The notes beneath the pieces were generated by a model. The model saw only the letters and a program-made list of their open reading frames with translations, was not told the origin of the DNA and did not search any database. The translations under genes and the position numbers were made by a program. Shown piece after piece: positions 19,401-28,198 of a stretch of DNA of 64,000 nucleotides. The stretch spans positions 29,810-93,809 of the forward strand of contig CALCZA010000054.1 of NCBI GenBank assembly GCA_937906475.1, read 5' to 3'. Source of the DNA: an uncultured bacterium (lineage in GTDB: Bacteria; Planctomycetota; UBA1135; UBA2386). Position 1 is the stretch's first letter. Each line of letters starts with the position of its first letter.

Positions 19401-20537
19401 ACGACGCCAGCGACCTCGGAGCGCAAGTTCTCGTTGGACTTGCAGACGACCCGAAGCACATTGCGGCCGATGCGGTTGGGTGATGTTGTGGAGGTGCCGG
19501 AAGGCCTCGCGGATCTGCTGTTGTTGCCGGTGTTGGCGCCGGCTGGCCTGTTTGTCGAGCCGTTCTCTAAGCTGTTCCCACCTCGCTATACCTTCCGGCC
19601 GCAAGCGCCAATCAACGTGCGCAGCATGCCCGATATCATGTTGCAGAATCGCGAGATCAATTGGCGGGAAGCGCGTGCGTTGCAAGATTTCGCGACGGCC
19701 ATTAGCGATCCGTTGGTTCAGGCTACGTGCGTGCACTTCTTTGATCCTTTGGGCAACGAGCGACTGCAACCGCGCAACCTCTTGCCGCAGGTCGAGGCGG
19801 GCGATCGAACCGCACCGCCGGATGACGCGGTGCTTGCTGGAGCCGACTTCTTTCAGGCGTGGACGTGTACCCGCTTGCTGGGGCTCGCCGTCGGCAACGA
19901 TGCAAATCTGTTCCGCTTGCCGTTCGGTTGCGAACTGGAGTTGGCAGCCTACGCCGGTAACGGCGGGACTGCGTGTCACGCGGTAAGTGCACGCGGTGGC
20001 GCGGTGCTGGCCTCTGCCTTCCGAGCCGGTGCCGCGCCGGTAGCCCCATGGACCGCCGCGCAGACCCGGTCGTTCGGTGACTACATCAAAACGTCGTACG
20101 GCCTCGGCTACGAGTTTGTAGGACTCGACTTTGGCGTTCAGGAATGGGTGTTGGATTTGCCACACATGCGCAATTCCGACTTGGTATTGATCGAGTGGAC
20201 CAGCGACCACAACAAGCACTTGGAGCGAGTGATGGGCATGTCGATTGGTAGGCAGGAGATGCTGCCTGATGCACTTGGTTTGATTCGTCAGTTTGGAGTC
20301 GTTCGCGGTCTCGCATTTGGCGAAAGCAGCGGCGCGATTGATAGTGCGGGCAAGCCACTGCAGCTGGCAGGGATTCGTGTGTTGCCGGGGACTGTGCCCG
20401 GTGTCTTGCGCACCGAGCAGCTGAGCCGCGACGGCAAGGATCTGCTCGGCAGTGGTCGTGAACCGCGCTTGCAGCGAGTTGGTTTCCGGGTTGCCGGGAA
20501 TGCGCAGGAGTTGGCGGGGAAATGGGGGTTTCGATGA
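16407..20537 (+). CDS. Membrane Ser/Thr protein kinase with a large extracytoplasmic region and an FGE-sulfatase-like C-terminus
   Basis: CxxC..CxxC, GRGGLG, VALK, HCDLSPRN, DFG, APE, DLYSLG; TM near aa 330; DAAGN/DAVGN Ig-like motifs; RLPFGCELELAA, GVQEW, VGFRVA. Confidence 0.88.
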   Translation: MKICLSCEGVTDTQAHRCGYCDAPLLSTDSVHYPARRGELDAGNPLLGTVIDGKYRLQSVLGRGGLGTVFRAQHIGSLVTVALKLLHPRFSEKPEYRRSLLPEARRAATVVHEHCARLLDVGEGDEGVTYLAMELVEGQTLDEVLQQGALAPSHVVDLLLQVTAALSAVHEVGLVHCDLSPRNVMVSSRSGRLEAKVLDFGIARSMTLAGRQHAQGELWGFANPAFSAPELLVGGEVDPRADLYSLGTLGWLMLTGTMPVDDTDAERAATAVREGSLSSWPSGTRVPKRLANLVQRCLRYEPEERPASAEDVHRQLQAVRAKRGPGFARLAAFVGGVALIVTLAVSDAPSPSFSGLPSAPLQLTDQELTENIRTQHLRPQDLTNIVCYYSGFARHRLRAALARSGTVLASFDLQPPVGKSAGTLLLTDAQPGWHNVVESLLRASKKGPVELVLVVPGTSLVRAARVRVDEQPPTVSGQLGTPDRGLCADTQLEFDLADDIAVTRAELLVTFDSGDEHRLQLPTRSGSFALGAALAPVVSSGEQLQGGSLVITASDAAGNVRQSQRLTFASADVRVPHVLDITGPDGQRSLARHGDRLRLRVQLSSGEPDCSLRCWTTDPEQAVIKQLPEESSSSPVWYTLDMPVGSLVGTSNDISLHLAVVDAVGNLEEREFATTVINRSPEIEIQTVARPGAGPSLWTGTELVIGPTGGVVSVLAPFPYGVVATRLKRSGQPIDPSSIIVIKRPLHAELQIAALSEGSYELFVDLAEAADEQLEPLVRSIALRVLPTQIQVGLPSSSGRYLKQVVEDGVLEKSGDGYREGRGWRIDSSLRRYVAGDVWIGEFASEIPLASGGLLPDVVPVRGRNVLAVRLHDVLGRPVSLVDESGAEVASRRGRQIVADFWWSDADPQLIRELLLEHGQRARVSLRMPLPFLAEEQDAMLLILPNGVEVQGKVKPDASRSVVSFDLQFSDWSAAARLSGESREAFAVGLTSTIRALLTTPATSERKFSLDLQTTRSTLRPMRLGDVVEVPEGLADLLLLPVLAPAGLFVEPFSKLFPPRYTFRPQAPINVRSMPDIMLQNREINWREARALQDFATAISDPLVQATCVHFFDPLGNERLQPRNLLPQVEAGDRTAPPDDAVLAGADFFQAWTCTRLLGLAVGNDANLFRLPFGCELELAAYAGNGGTACHAVSARGGAVLASAFRAGAAPVAPWTAAQTRSFGDYIKTSYGLGYEFVGLDFGVQEWVLDLPHMRNSDLVLIEWTSDHNKHLERVMGMSIGRQEMLPDALGLIRQFGVVRGLAFGESSGAIDSAGKPLQLAGIRVLPGTVPGVLRTEQLSRDGKDLLGSGREPRLQRVGFRVAGNAQELAGKWGFR

Positions 20538-21610
20538 AGGCATGGCTTTGCTGCATCGCGTTGCTGTTGTTGACGTCGTGCGCCGGCACGGATGACTTGC
20601 GTGGCATTGCTGCGAAGTCGCCGTTGGATCGCGCCGTGTTGGTGACTGGCGGAGCGTTCTTCTCGTCATTGGCTGGCGCCAAGGGCACGTTCGACTTGCC
20701 TGATCTTGATGCGCCCGCGCAGCTCCCTGATTCGAGCAAGGAAGCGATTCCGTTTTCGGCCATCTTGGACGTGCTTCAACGCGGCCGGGTCTTCCAGCAC
20801 GTGGTTGGCGATACGGATGCGGAACGGCGTCGGCAACTTCGCCAGCAACTGCGGCTCCGCAGCGATGAGGGCGGCTTGTCCGACTTCTTGCAGCAGGCGC
20901 GTGAGGGTGGCTTCGATCTGTTGGTGCTCGTCGAAGAGTTACGCGATGGCCCGATCGAAAATCAAGGCACCAACAACCGCTGGCCAGTCACCTTCGCAAC
21001 TTGGCTGCTGCTGGGCGTTGGCGCTCTGATCCCGGATCGCACCTTTGAGTCGCGTGCGACCTTGCGGGTGTCGTTGCGCGAATTGCAGAGTGGTCGTGAG
21101 ATCGCCAGCCTTGAGGTCGATTCCGGTCCGATTGAACTCGCGCTGACCGAGCGCACGGGTCTTCTCGGTGTGATCGCGTCGATCATCGTGCCGCCGTTCT
21201 GGGTTTCTGATGACCGTGAGGCGGTGGCGGCGTCGGTGCGCGCAACGACCGAACGACGGCTGTTGTTGTCGCTGGCAAGCAAGCTGAAGAGTGAATTGTT
21301 CCGCCGCCGCATCGCTGACCTAGCAGCAGCGGATATCCAGTTGGTGTCGTCGCCCGAAGGCACGCGGGTCGCCGTTCGATCGCTCGAGAGTCTTAGTGTC
21401 GTTCGCCTTAAAGGGCCTGGCTACCGTGATGCATCCGTGTCTGATCGCTTCGCGTCCGACCTCATAGGTTCGCGCGATCTGCAGCGCATTCACTTCCACT
21501 ACGAAGCTCTATTGCCGAAGCCGGCCGCCGGCGGTTCATTCCAAATCATGGTCGGAACGCTGCGAGGAGGCGTCGCGTCGGCGACGTTTGCCGAGGAGAG
21601 TCTTCGATGA
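20534..21610 (+). CDS. Lipoprotein of unknown function
   Basis: MKAWLCCIALLLLTSC lipobox; ATGA overlaps on both sides. Confidence 0.75.
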   Translation: MKAWLCCIALLLLTSCAGTDDLRGIAAKSPLDRAVLVTGGAFFSSLAGAKGTFDLPDLDAPAQLPDSSKEAIPFSAILDVLQRGRVFQHVVGDTDAERRRQLRQQLRLRSDEGGLSDFLQQAREGGFDLLVLVEELRDGPIENQGTNNRWPVTFATWLLLGVGALIPDRTFESRATLRVSLRELQSGREIASLEVDSGPIELALTERTGLLGVIASIIVPPFWVSDDREAVAASVRATTERRLLLSLASKLKSELFRRRIADLAAADIQLVSSPEGTRVAVRSLESLSVVRLKGPGYRDASVSDRFASDLIGSRDLQRIHFHYEALLPKPAAGGSFQIMVGTLRGGVASATFAEESLR

Positions 21611-22482
21611 AGTTGCCGGCCGGACTTGCGATTGGAGTGTGTAGTCACACCGGCCTGGTTCGCGGCGCCAACGAGGATGACTACTTACTCGCGACGCCAG
21701 TCGGTGACGAACCCTCATTCCTCGCGGCGATCGCGGATGGCATGGGGGGTACCGCTGGCGGCGCAGAAGCAAGTCGCACGGCACTACGCGCGTTGGGCAC
21801 GACCCTGCTCGATGCGAACACGCATGCGGAGGTCGGCAAGCGCATGCGCACCGGATTCCACGCCGCGAATGCACGCGTGTTCGAATCCGCCGCCGCGGTT
21901 CCGGCTCTTCGGGATATGGGCACGACGATGACTGCGTTGTGGTTGGATCCCTCCGGTGGCGTGTTCGGCCATGTCGGAGATTCGCGCCTATACCGCTTGC
22001 GTGGCGAAGTTTGCACGGCGCTAACGACCGATCACGCGGTCAAAGAAGGCGAGAGTCTGCTGACTCGGTGCATTGGTGGCGGGCAGGCCGCTTGCGATCC
22101 CGACGAGGCTCGAATTGATGTCGAAGCAGGCGACCGCTTCATTCTGTGCACAGATGGCGTCTGGAATGTGGCTCCGCCCGAGGAGTTTGCCGAGATTGTC
22201 GGTGGTCGGGATGCCCAGGAAACGGCCGAGCGGTTGATCAAATGTGCCCTCGCTGCGGGTGGCCGGGACAACGCCACGGCGCTGGTCGTCGATGTCCTGG
22301 ACCCGGTCCTGGCAGGTAGCGTCGAGATCGATTTGCCGCGCCATGAGCGCCCAGACGCCCGTTCTTTATGGCCTTCTGCGGTGTCGCTGCGGCCGGCGAT
22401 CTGGTCGGTGCTGGTGCTCGTTGGGTCTATCTGCCTACTCACTTACTCGGCGATGCGGTGGTTCGGCGCCTTGCCTGGGTGA
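21607..22482 (+). CDS. PP2C-family Ser/Thr phosphatase with a C-terminal TM
   Basis: GLVRGANED, ADGMGG, MGTT, HVGDSRLY, LCTDG, GGRDNAT. Confidence 0.93.
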   Translation: MKLPAGLAIGVCSHTGLVRGANEDDYLLATPVGDEPSFLAAIADGMGGTAGGAEASRTALRALGTTLLDANTHAEVGKRMRTGFHAANARVFESAAAVPALRDMGTTMTALWLDPSGGVFGHVGDSRLYRLRGEVCTALTTDHAVKEGESLLTRCIGGGQAACDPDEARIDVEAGDRFILCTDGVWNVAPPEEFAEIVGGRDAQETAERLIKCALAAGGRDNATALVVDVLDPVLAGSVEIDLPRHERPDARSLWPSAVSLRPAIWSVLVLVGSICLLTYSAMRWFGALPG

Positions 22483-22582
22483 GTCAAGGTTCGCGATGTC
22501 TCGCACGTAGGCCGTTGCCCAGACTGGCTGGATGCGTAACGATGGCCTCGCCCCTCTCCCTTCTCGAGCCCAGTCGTCGTCG

Positions 22583-23746
22583 ATGCCGAAGAAACTGCAG
22601 CGCCGGAGCCCCGCTCCGAAATCGTCCCCCGCCGCAGTCGCCCGACCATCCGGTAAAGCCGGTGGTGGTGGCGGCAGTTCATTCTCCTTTGGCAGAGGTC
22701 GTGTGACCGCGAAGGTCCTCGCTGAGTTCACCAGCCAATTGGCTGTGCTACTCAACGCGGGCATTCCGATTACCAAGAGCCTGCGCATTCTCGAAGGACA
22801 GATGCCGCAGGGTTCGATGAAGCGAATCGCGGCGCAGTTGGTCGAAGACGTCGAAGGCGGCACGCCGCTTTCCGAGGCGATGGCCAAACACGACATGGTG
22901 TTCGACGCGCTCTACACCAACATGGTGCGCGCTGGCGAGGCCGGTGGTGTGCAAGAGGAGATCCTCAATCGCTTGAGTGGCTTCTTGGTCACTAGTGAGG
23001 CAATCAAGTCGCGTGTCAAGGGAGCGTTGGCCTACCCCGTCGCCATCCTGGTGGTCGCGATGTTGGTGTTGCTGCTCGTGTTCGCGTTCGTGATCCCAAA
23101 GTTCAAGCAGGTGTTCGCCACGTTAGGTGAAGGTAACTTGCACTGGACGACCGAGGCGGTCATGGGCATTGGCGATCACCTCAAAGTTTGGTGGTGGGCC
23201 TACATGTTGTTTGTGGTTGTGTTGCTGACCGTGCACCGCATGTTGATGGCCAAGGCGTTTGGTTATCGTCAGGTCATGCACAGGGTCGCGCTGCATCTGC
23301 CGCTGTTCGGCGGTTTGGTGCACAAGAGCCTGGTCGCTCGTTTCGCGCGTACGTTCGGAACGTTGATCCAATCCGGTGTGCCTCACTTAGAAGCGCTCGA
23401 CATCCTGCACGCCTCGACGAACAACGTGCACATGAAGGCTGCCGTTGCCGACGTGCAGTCCTCGATTCGTGAAGGTGCCGGCTTTGCGGTGCCGATGGGT
23501 GAGAGCGGTATGTTTGATGACATCGTCATCAATATGGTCGACGTCGGCGAGCAGACCGGTGAACTCGACAACATGCTGTCGAAGGTCGCCGACCGTTACG
23601 AACTCGAGGTCGACCAAACCGTCGACACCACGTTCAAACTGATTGAGCCGATCCTGTTGGTGGTCATGGCCGTCGCTGTTGGCTTCATCGTGTTTGCCTT
23701 GTTCATGCCACTCCTGACCATGATGCAGCAGATGAGTAAGCGGTAA
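22583..23746 (+). CDS. pilC: Type IV pilus/T2SS platform protein (PilC/GspF)
   Basis: QLAVLLNAGIP, NMVRAGEAGG, ALAYP, VGEQTGELD, LIEP. Confidence 0.9.
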   Translation: MPKKLQRRSPAPKSSPAAVARPSGKAGGGGGSSFSFGRGRVTAKVLAEFTSQLAVLLNAGIPITKSLRILEGQMPQGSMKRIAAQLVEDVEGGTPLSEAMAKHDMVFDALYTNMVRAGEAGGVQEEILNRLSGFLVTSEAIKSRVKGALAYPVAILVVAMLVLLLVFAFVIPKFKQVFATLGEGNLHWTTEAVMGIGDHLKVWWWAYMLFVVVLLTVHRMLMAKAFGYRQVMHRVALHLPLFGGLVHKSLVARFARTFGTLIQSGVPHLEALDILHASTNNVHMKAAVADVQSSIREGAGFAVPMGESGMFDDIVINMVDVGEQTGELDNMLSKVADRYELEVDQTVDTTFKLIEPILLVVMAVAVGFIVFALFMPLLTMMQQMSKR

Positions 23747-23750
23747 CGCC

Positions 23751-25262
23751 ATGTCACTGGGGTGGCGCATTCTGCTGTTCGCGCTGCTGCTGAACGTTCT
23801 GACGGTCGGCAGCGTGCAGATTGTTGTGCATGAGGCGCAGCAGCAGTGGTTTGAGAAAGAGCGCGCGCTGCTGTCCCACTCGGTCGACCAGTCGTTTAAA
23901 GAACTCGAGCGCGTCTATACCCCCGAAGCGCTCTATGACGCGTCCAGCACCGGAGCTGTGGTTCGGCGGTTGCTGCGCAACCAGTCGTTGCAGGAGATCT
24001 ACAGCGACGTCATCGTCACCAGCGGTCGGCCGCCGTTCGATAACAGCGTCTATCTGAACACGCTCGGCGCTGTGCACCGCGATCCGGACACGTTCGACCT
24101 TCGCGAGATCGTCGAGGGCATCGGGCGCGCAGCGCGCACTGATGGCCCGTTCAAGGTGGGGGCTGGCTTCTGCCGCGCACTGCGTCAAAACCAGCAAGTG
24201 GTCGGCTACCTGTGGTTTGTGCCGAAGATATTCCCACAACTGCCGGCTTCCTTGCCGGTGCTGACTGCCGTGCTCGGGATCTTGGCGTCGACCATTCTGT
24301 TTGGCGCGGTGTTGTTCTGGTTGACGCGACGCACGATTGGCAGGCCGATGCAGGAGATCGGTGTGGCGGCGCAAGCGGTCGCCTCTGGCCGTTACGACGC
24401 ACGCATGCCGGAATTGCACGGTGTACCTGAGTTGCAGCAGTTCGTGCTGACGTTCAATCGCATGGCTGAGCAGGTCGAGAACCACACCACGAACTTGCAA
24501 GAAGCGGTTCAGACGGCCGTAGACGCCACCGAACAGAAAGAGCGCGCACTGGTGCAGAGCACGCGCCTCGCGACCATTGGCACCTTGGCCGCGGGCGTTG
24601 CCCACGAGATCAATAACCCGATTGGTGGCATGCAGAATGCGATCAATCGTTTGCTGAAGGCGGAAGGGCTGAGCGAGAAGCAGACGGTTTATCTCAAGCT
24701 GGTGCAGGATGGGTTGGCGCGGGTCGCCCGCACGACCCAACGCATGCTTGAGTTCGCTCCGAAGGACGCGCAGTCAGCAAGTTTCGATGTCATTACCGCA
24801 ATCGTGGGCGCGCACGCGTTGGTTGAGCATCGCTGCGAACAAGGCAATGTCGCCTTTACGATCGAGCCGCCAGAAGGTTCGTCGGAACTGCCGCTTGTGT
24901 ATGGCGATGCGCATGAGATCCAACAGGTCATGCTCAACTTGTTGCTGAACTCGCTCGACGCGATTGGGGACGGCGCCCAGCCGAACTACGGCGGCAAGAT
25001 CGCCGTAACCTGTTCGGCAGAAGGCGGCATGGTTCGGGTGGTCGTTGCTGACGATGGCCCAGGCTTAGAGAAAGAACTGCTCGCGCGCGTTTTCGATCCG
25101 TTTTTCAGTAAGAAGGACCGGCCCGACGCCAGTGGCTTGGGCATGTTTATCAGCTACTCGATCGTGCAAACCCACGGTGGCACGATGGTCGTGGATGCGG
25201 CTCCTGGCGAGGGGTTTCGCACGACGATTGAGTTGCCGGTCGCTCCGACCGATGCGCTGTAG
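23751..25262 (+). CDS. HAMP-domain sensor histidine kinase
   Basis: Two TMs, HAMP, AGVAHEINNP H-box, NLLLNSLDA, DDGPG, FDPFF, GLGM. Confidence 0.93.
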   Translation: MSLGWRILLFALLLNVLTVGSVQIVVHEAQQQWFEKERALLSHSVDQSFKELERVYTPEALYDASSTGAVVRRLLRNQSLQEIYSDVIVTSGRPPFDNSVYLNTLGAVHRDPDTFDLREIVEGIGRAARTDGPFKVGAGFCRALRQNQQVVGYLWFVPKIFPQLPASLPVLTAVLGILASTILFGAVLFWLTRRTIGRPMQEIGVAAQAVASGRYDARMPELHGVPELQQFVLTFNRMAEQVENHTTNLQEAVQTAVDATEQKERALVQSTRLATIGTLAAGVAHEINNPIGGMQNAINRLLKAEGLSEKQTVYLKLVQDGLARVARTTQRMLEFAPKDAQSASFDVITAIVGAHALVEHRCEQGNVAFTIEPPEGSSELPLVYGDAHEIQQVMLNLLLNSLDAIGDGAQPNYGGKIAVTCSAEGGMVRVVVADDGPGLEKELLARVFDPFFSKKDRPDASGLGMFISYSIVQTHGGTMVVDAAPGEGFRTTIELPVAPTDAL

Positions 25263-25313
25263 TGCCGATCGCGAGCAGCGCTCCGTGTCAGCCGCACGCG
25301 TGGCTGGGCGTGA

Positions 25314-26372
25314 CTACTCTTCCGCGGCGAGTTCGCTAGTGCCCGGGTTGGTGTCCGCGCTCGGCTGCGTGGTGATGTTCTTATTGGGCTGATCGGCATT
25401 CGAAGCGCTGCCCATCTCGGTACCGCTGTAGAGCCACACCTGATTCTTGCCGCGGCGCTTGGCCTCGTGCAGGGCTCGGTTGGCGTGGCGACGCAGGTGG
25501 TCGACGCTGCTGGCCTTGCGGCCGTCGTAGCTGTCGACACCGATGGAGACCGTTACTTGGCGCTCAAAGTTGCCGCCGCGCACCGTCATGTCGAAGATCC
25601 GCTGGCGAATGCGAAGCGCTGTCTGTACGGCTTCGGCTGGGCTCGTTTGTGGCAGCAGCACACAGAACTCATCGCCACCGAAGCGAGCTGCAAAGTCCGT
25701 CTCGCGAATGTTGCCCTTCAGCGCGTCCGCAACGCGGTGCAGGACCTCGTCACCAAAGGCATACTCGGTTGTGTCATTGACGTCCTTGAAGTTGTCGACG
25801 TCGATCAACAGCAGGGAAAGAGGGTTTTGGTGGCGTTGCGCACGCTTCCATTCGAGCCCCATGATCTTCTTCATGTAGAGCTCGCTGGTCAGCCCGGTCT
25901 TGAAGTCGACGCTGACTTGGCTTTCGAGTTGGCGGGCACGCGTTTGCAGGCCGCGAATCCGGGTGCGAGTTTGCAGCGCGAGTTCGACGCGGTGCACGCA
26001 CTCGGCCGACGAGCAAGGCTTCAGCACGAAGTCGCGGAACGGCACTTGAAGATTGCGGGCGTCGGCGAGCGCAGCCAGGTCGTCGACCAGCAGGATTACC
26101 GGGATCGGATCGTCTGCTGTCTGAATCCGTTCGAGTAGTTCTGTTTCAACGCCGTCCTCGCACAGGACCAGCGGGTTGAGCAGCACGACATCGGGGCGGT
26201 CTTCGCTGGCGATGCGGTAGCTCTGCGCCAGCGAATCACCCAGCCGGACCTCGAAGCCATTGCGGGCGAGGGCGGTTACCAACTCGTCCAGCGGGTCCTG
26301 GTTGTGGTTCATCACCAGGACGACTTGGGAAGTCGGCTGTGATGGGGTGTTGGTCTGGTGGCGACCTAGCAT
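25314..26372 (-). CDS. Receiver-like domain plus GGDEF diguanylate cyclase
   Basis: DVDNFKDVND, RETD I-site, ARFGGDEF; N-terminal REC-like fold; start uncertain (26312-26522). Confidence 0.88.
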   Translation of the reverse strand: MLGRHQTNTPSQPTSQVVLVMNHNQDPLDELVTALARNGFEVRLGDSLAQSYRIASEDRPDVVLLNPLVLCEDGVETELLERIQTADDPIPVILLVDDLAALADARNLQVPFRDFVLKPCSSAECVHRVELALQTRTRIRGLQTRARQLESQVSVDFKTGLTSELYMKKIMGLEWKRAQRHQNPLSLLLIDVDNFKDVNDTTEYAFGDEVLHRVADALKGNIRETDFAARFGGDEFCVLLPQTSPAEAVQTALRIRQRIFDMTVRGGNFERQVTVSIGVDSYDGRKASSVDHLRRHANRALHEAKRRGKNQVWLYSGTEMGSASNADQPNKNITTQPSADTNPGTSELAAEE

Positions 26373-26783
26373 GCGCTGGTTGTCTGTGCTGGACACGGGG
26401 TCTAGCGTGGGGCGCGCGCCAGAAGCGATGACGGGATCGACGAAGGTCACTGGCCGCGAGTTGGATGTCGTGTGCGATAGAATCGGAGCGGGGGGATCGT
26501 CAGTCGCGGTCTGAACTTTCATGCCGCGCCCCTCGCTGTCGCGAACGTGACGGATGCATCAGCGTTCATGACATCGGTGAGAGCGGATTTGTGCCGTGGC
26601 AAGCCACAGCGATCCATCCGACAGCGCCGTAATAGAGCCCCAAACCGCTCACAAGTCTATCAGGACTTATGGCAGGCGAAAGGGGGCGGAAGGGCTAGGG
26701 AAAGACACCTGTTGATTGGTCCTCCGTGCTTTTCGGTCGAGGGTCATATTAAAAATGGGTGTGCCTCCGGGCTAGATCGATGC

Positions 26784-26811
26784 TTGACGGCATGGCCGCT
26801 GTCCCTACAAT
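26784..26811 (+). promoter_or_regulatory. Sigma70 promoter of the rpsB operon
   Basis: TTGACG-N16-TACAAT followed by the GC-rich discriminator CCTCGCCCC. Confidence 0.65.
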
Positions 26812-26871
26812 CCTCGCCCCATACTTCCGTAACCGAAGCCACTTTTACTAAGTGCAAGGAGCCCGCCGCAC

Positions 26872-27954
26872 GTGCCGCTCGTTACTGCGCAAGAACTGAT
26901 CGACGCCGGAGTCCACTACGGCCACCAGGCCAGCCGTTGGAACCCAAAGATGAAGCCATTCATCCACGGGAAACGGCATAAGATCCACGTTATCAATCTC
27001 GAGGAGACGATCCGCGGGTTGTACCAGGCAACGCACTTTGTGCGTTCGCTGGCTGCAACCGGTGCCCAGATCATGTTCCTCGGTACCAAGAAGCAGATCC
27101 GACCGGTGGTCGAGGCCGAGGCACAGAAGTGTCAAATGCCTTCGGTTACCGAGCGTTGGATCGGCGGAACGTTGACTAACTTCTCGACCGTTCGGGAGCG
27201 CTTGACGCGCCTCGTCGAGCTTGAGGGGCTGGAAACAACCGGTGCGATCGAAAAGTACAAGAAGAAGGACCAGTCGTCGATTCGTCGCGAGATCAAGCGC
27301 ATCCGGCGCAATCTCGACGGTGTGCGCGATCTGCACGGTCTTCCCGGTGCCCTGGTCGTGATCGACCCGCGCCGCGAAGAAAACGCCATGCGCGAAGCGA
27401 AGCGCATGAACGTGCCGGTGGTCTGCATTCTCGATACCGATTGTGATCCGTCGCTCGCCGACATCATCATTCCGGCTAACGACGATGCGATGAGCTCCGT
27501 CCAGCTGATTCTTGGCAAGCTTGCTGAGGCAGTGATGGAAGGTCGAACGGGTTGTGATGCCGCAACTCTGCGCGATGCCCAAAAGGCCGCTCAGGACGAC
27601 GTCCGCAACAAGCAAGCTCCCGGCCGTCGCAACGAGCGTGATGCTCGTGGTGGCATGCGTCGTGGTGGCCCCGGCGGTCCTGGCGGTCGCGGTGGCCCAG
27701 GTGGTGGCGGTCGCTTCCAGGCCGGAGGCCATGCCACATCGGTCTCGATTGGTGGCGACAAGACGGAAGGTGGTTCGGCGGTTGCGCCGACGATCAAGCC
27801 GGTTGAGTCCGCTGCTCCAGCTGAGTCAGCTGCTCCAGTTGAGTCGGCCGCTCCAGTTGCTCCGGCTGAGTCAGCCGCGCCAGTTGCGGAAGCTGCACCT
27901 GCTGCTGCTCCTGCACCTGCACCAGAAGCGCCGAAGCCCGAGAGCGGCGAGTAG
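26872..27954 (+). CDS. rpsB: 30S ribosomal protein S2 with a long low-complexity tail
   Basis: AGVHYGHQASRWNPKM, RWIGGTLTNF, DTDCDP, IPANDD; AAGGAG RBS, GTG start. Confidence 0.97.
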   Translation: MPLVTAQELIDAGVHYGHQASRWNPKMKPFIHGKRHKIHVINLEETIRGLYQATHFVRSLAATGAQIMFLGTKKQIRPVVEAEAQKCQMPSVTERWIGGTLTNFSTVRERLTRLVELEGLETTGAIEKYKKKDQSSIRREIKRIRRNLDGVRDLHGLPGALVVIDPRREENAMREAKRMNVPVVCILDTDCDPSLADIIIPANDDAMSSVQLILGKLAEAVMEGRTGCDAATLRDAQKAAQDDVRNKQAPGRRNERDARGGMRRGGPGGPGGRGGPGGGGRFQAGGHATSVSIGGDKTEGGSAVAPTIKPVESAAPAESAAPVESAAPVAPAESAAPVAEAAPAAAPAPAPEAPKPESGE

Positions 27955-27977
27955 TAAGTAACTCGCTTGCGCCCCGT

Positions 27978-28001
27978 AGCTAGCTGGACCTCCAGCTAGC
28001 T
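27978..28001 (+). terminator. Strong hairpin after rpsB (attenuator or stabiliser)
   Basis: agctagctgg-acct-ccagctagct, perfect 10-bp stem, no U-tract. Confidence 0.5.
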
Positions 28002-28198
28002 TGGGCTGCAACCACGCAGCCGCACAGTTCTTCTCTCATCCCCCGCGCTGATCCAGTCATGGGGGGTGTGAATGCTGGCCACGGCCAGTAAGCCCGGCCG
28101 AACGCCGGTCAGCCGTCTTGCTACATGCGACGGCGACATCCCCGACTTCTACAATTCTCAATTGTGCTCGCCTGCGCGAGCCTGCCCGAACCTGAACG

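Noticed and set aside
19338-20669. 443-aa minus-strand ORF
   Set aside because: Antisense to the kinase; Arg/Gln-rich composition typical of a shadow frame
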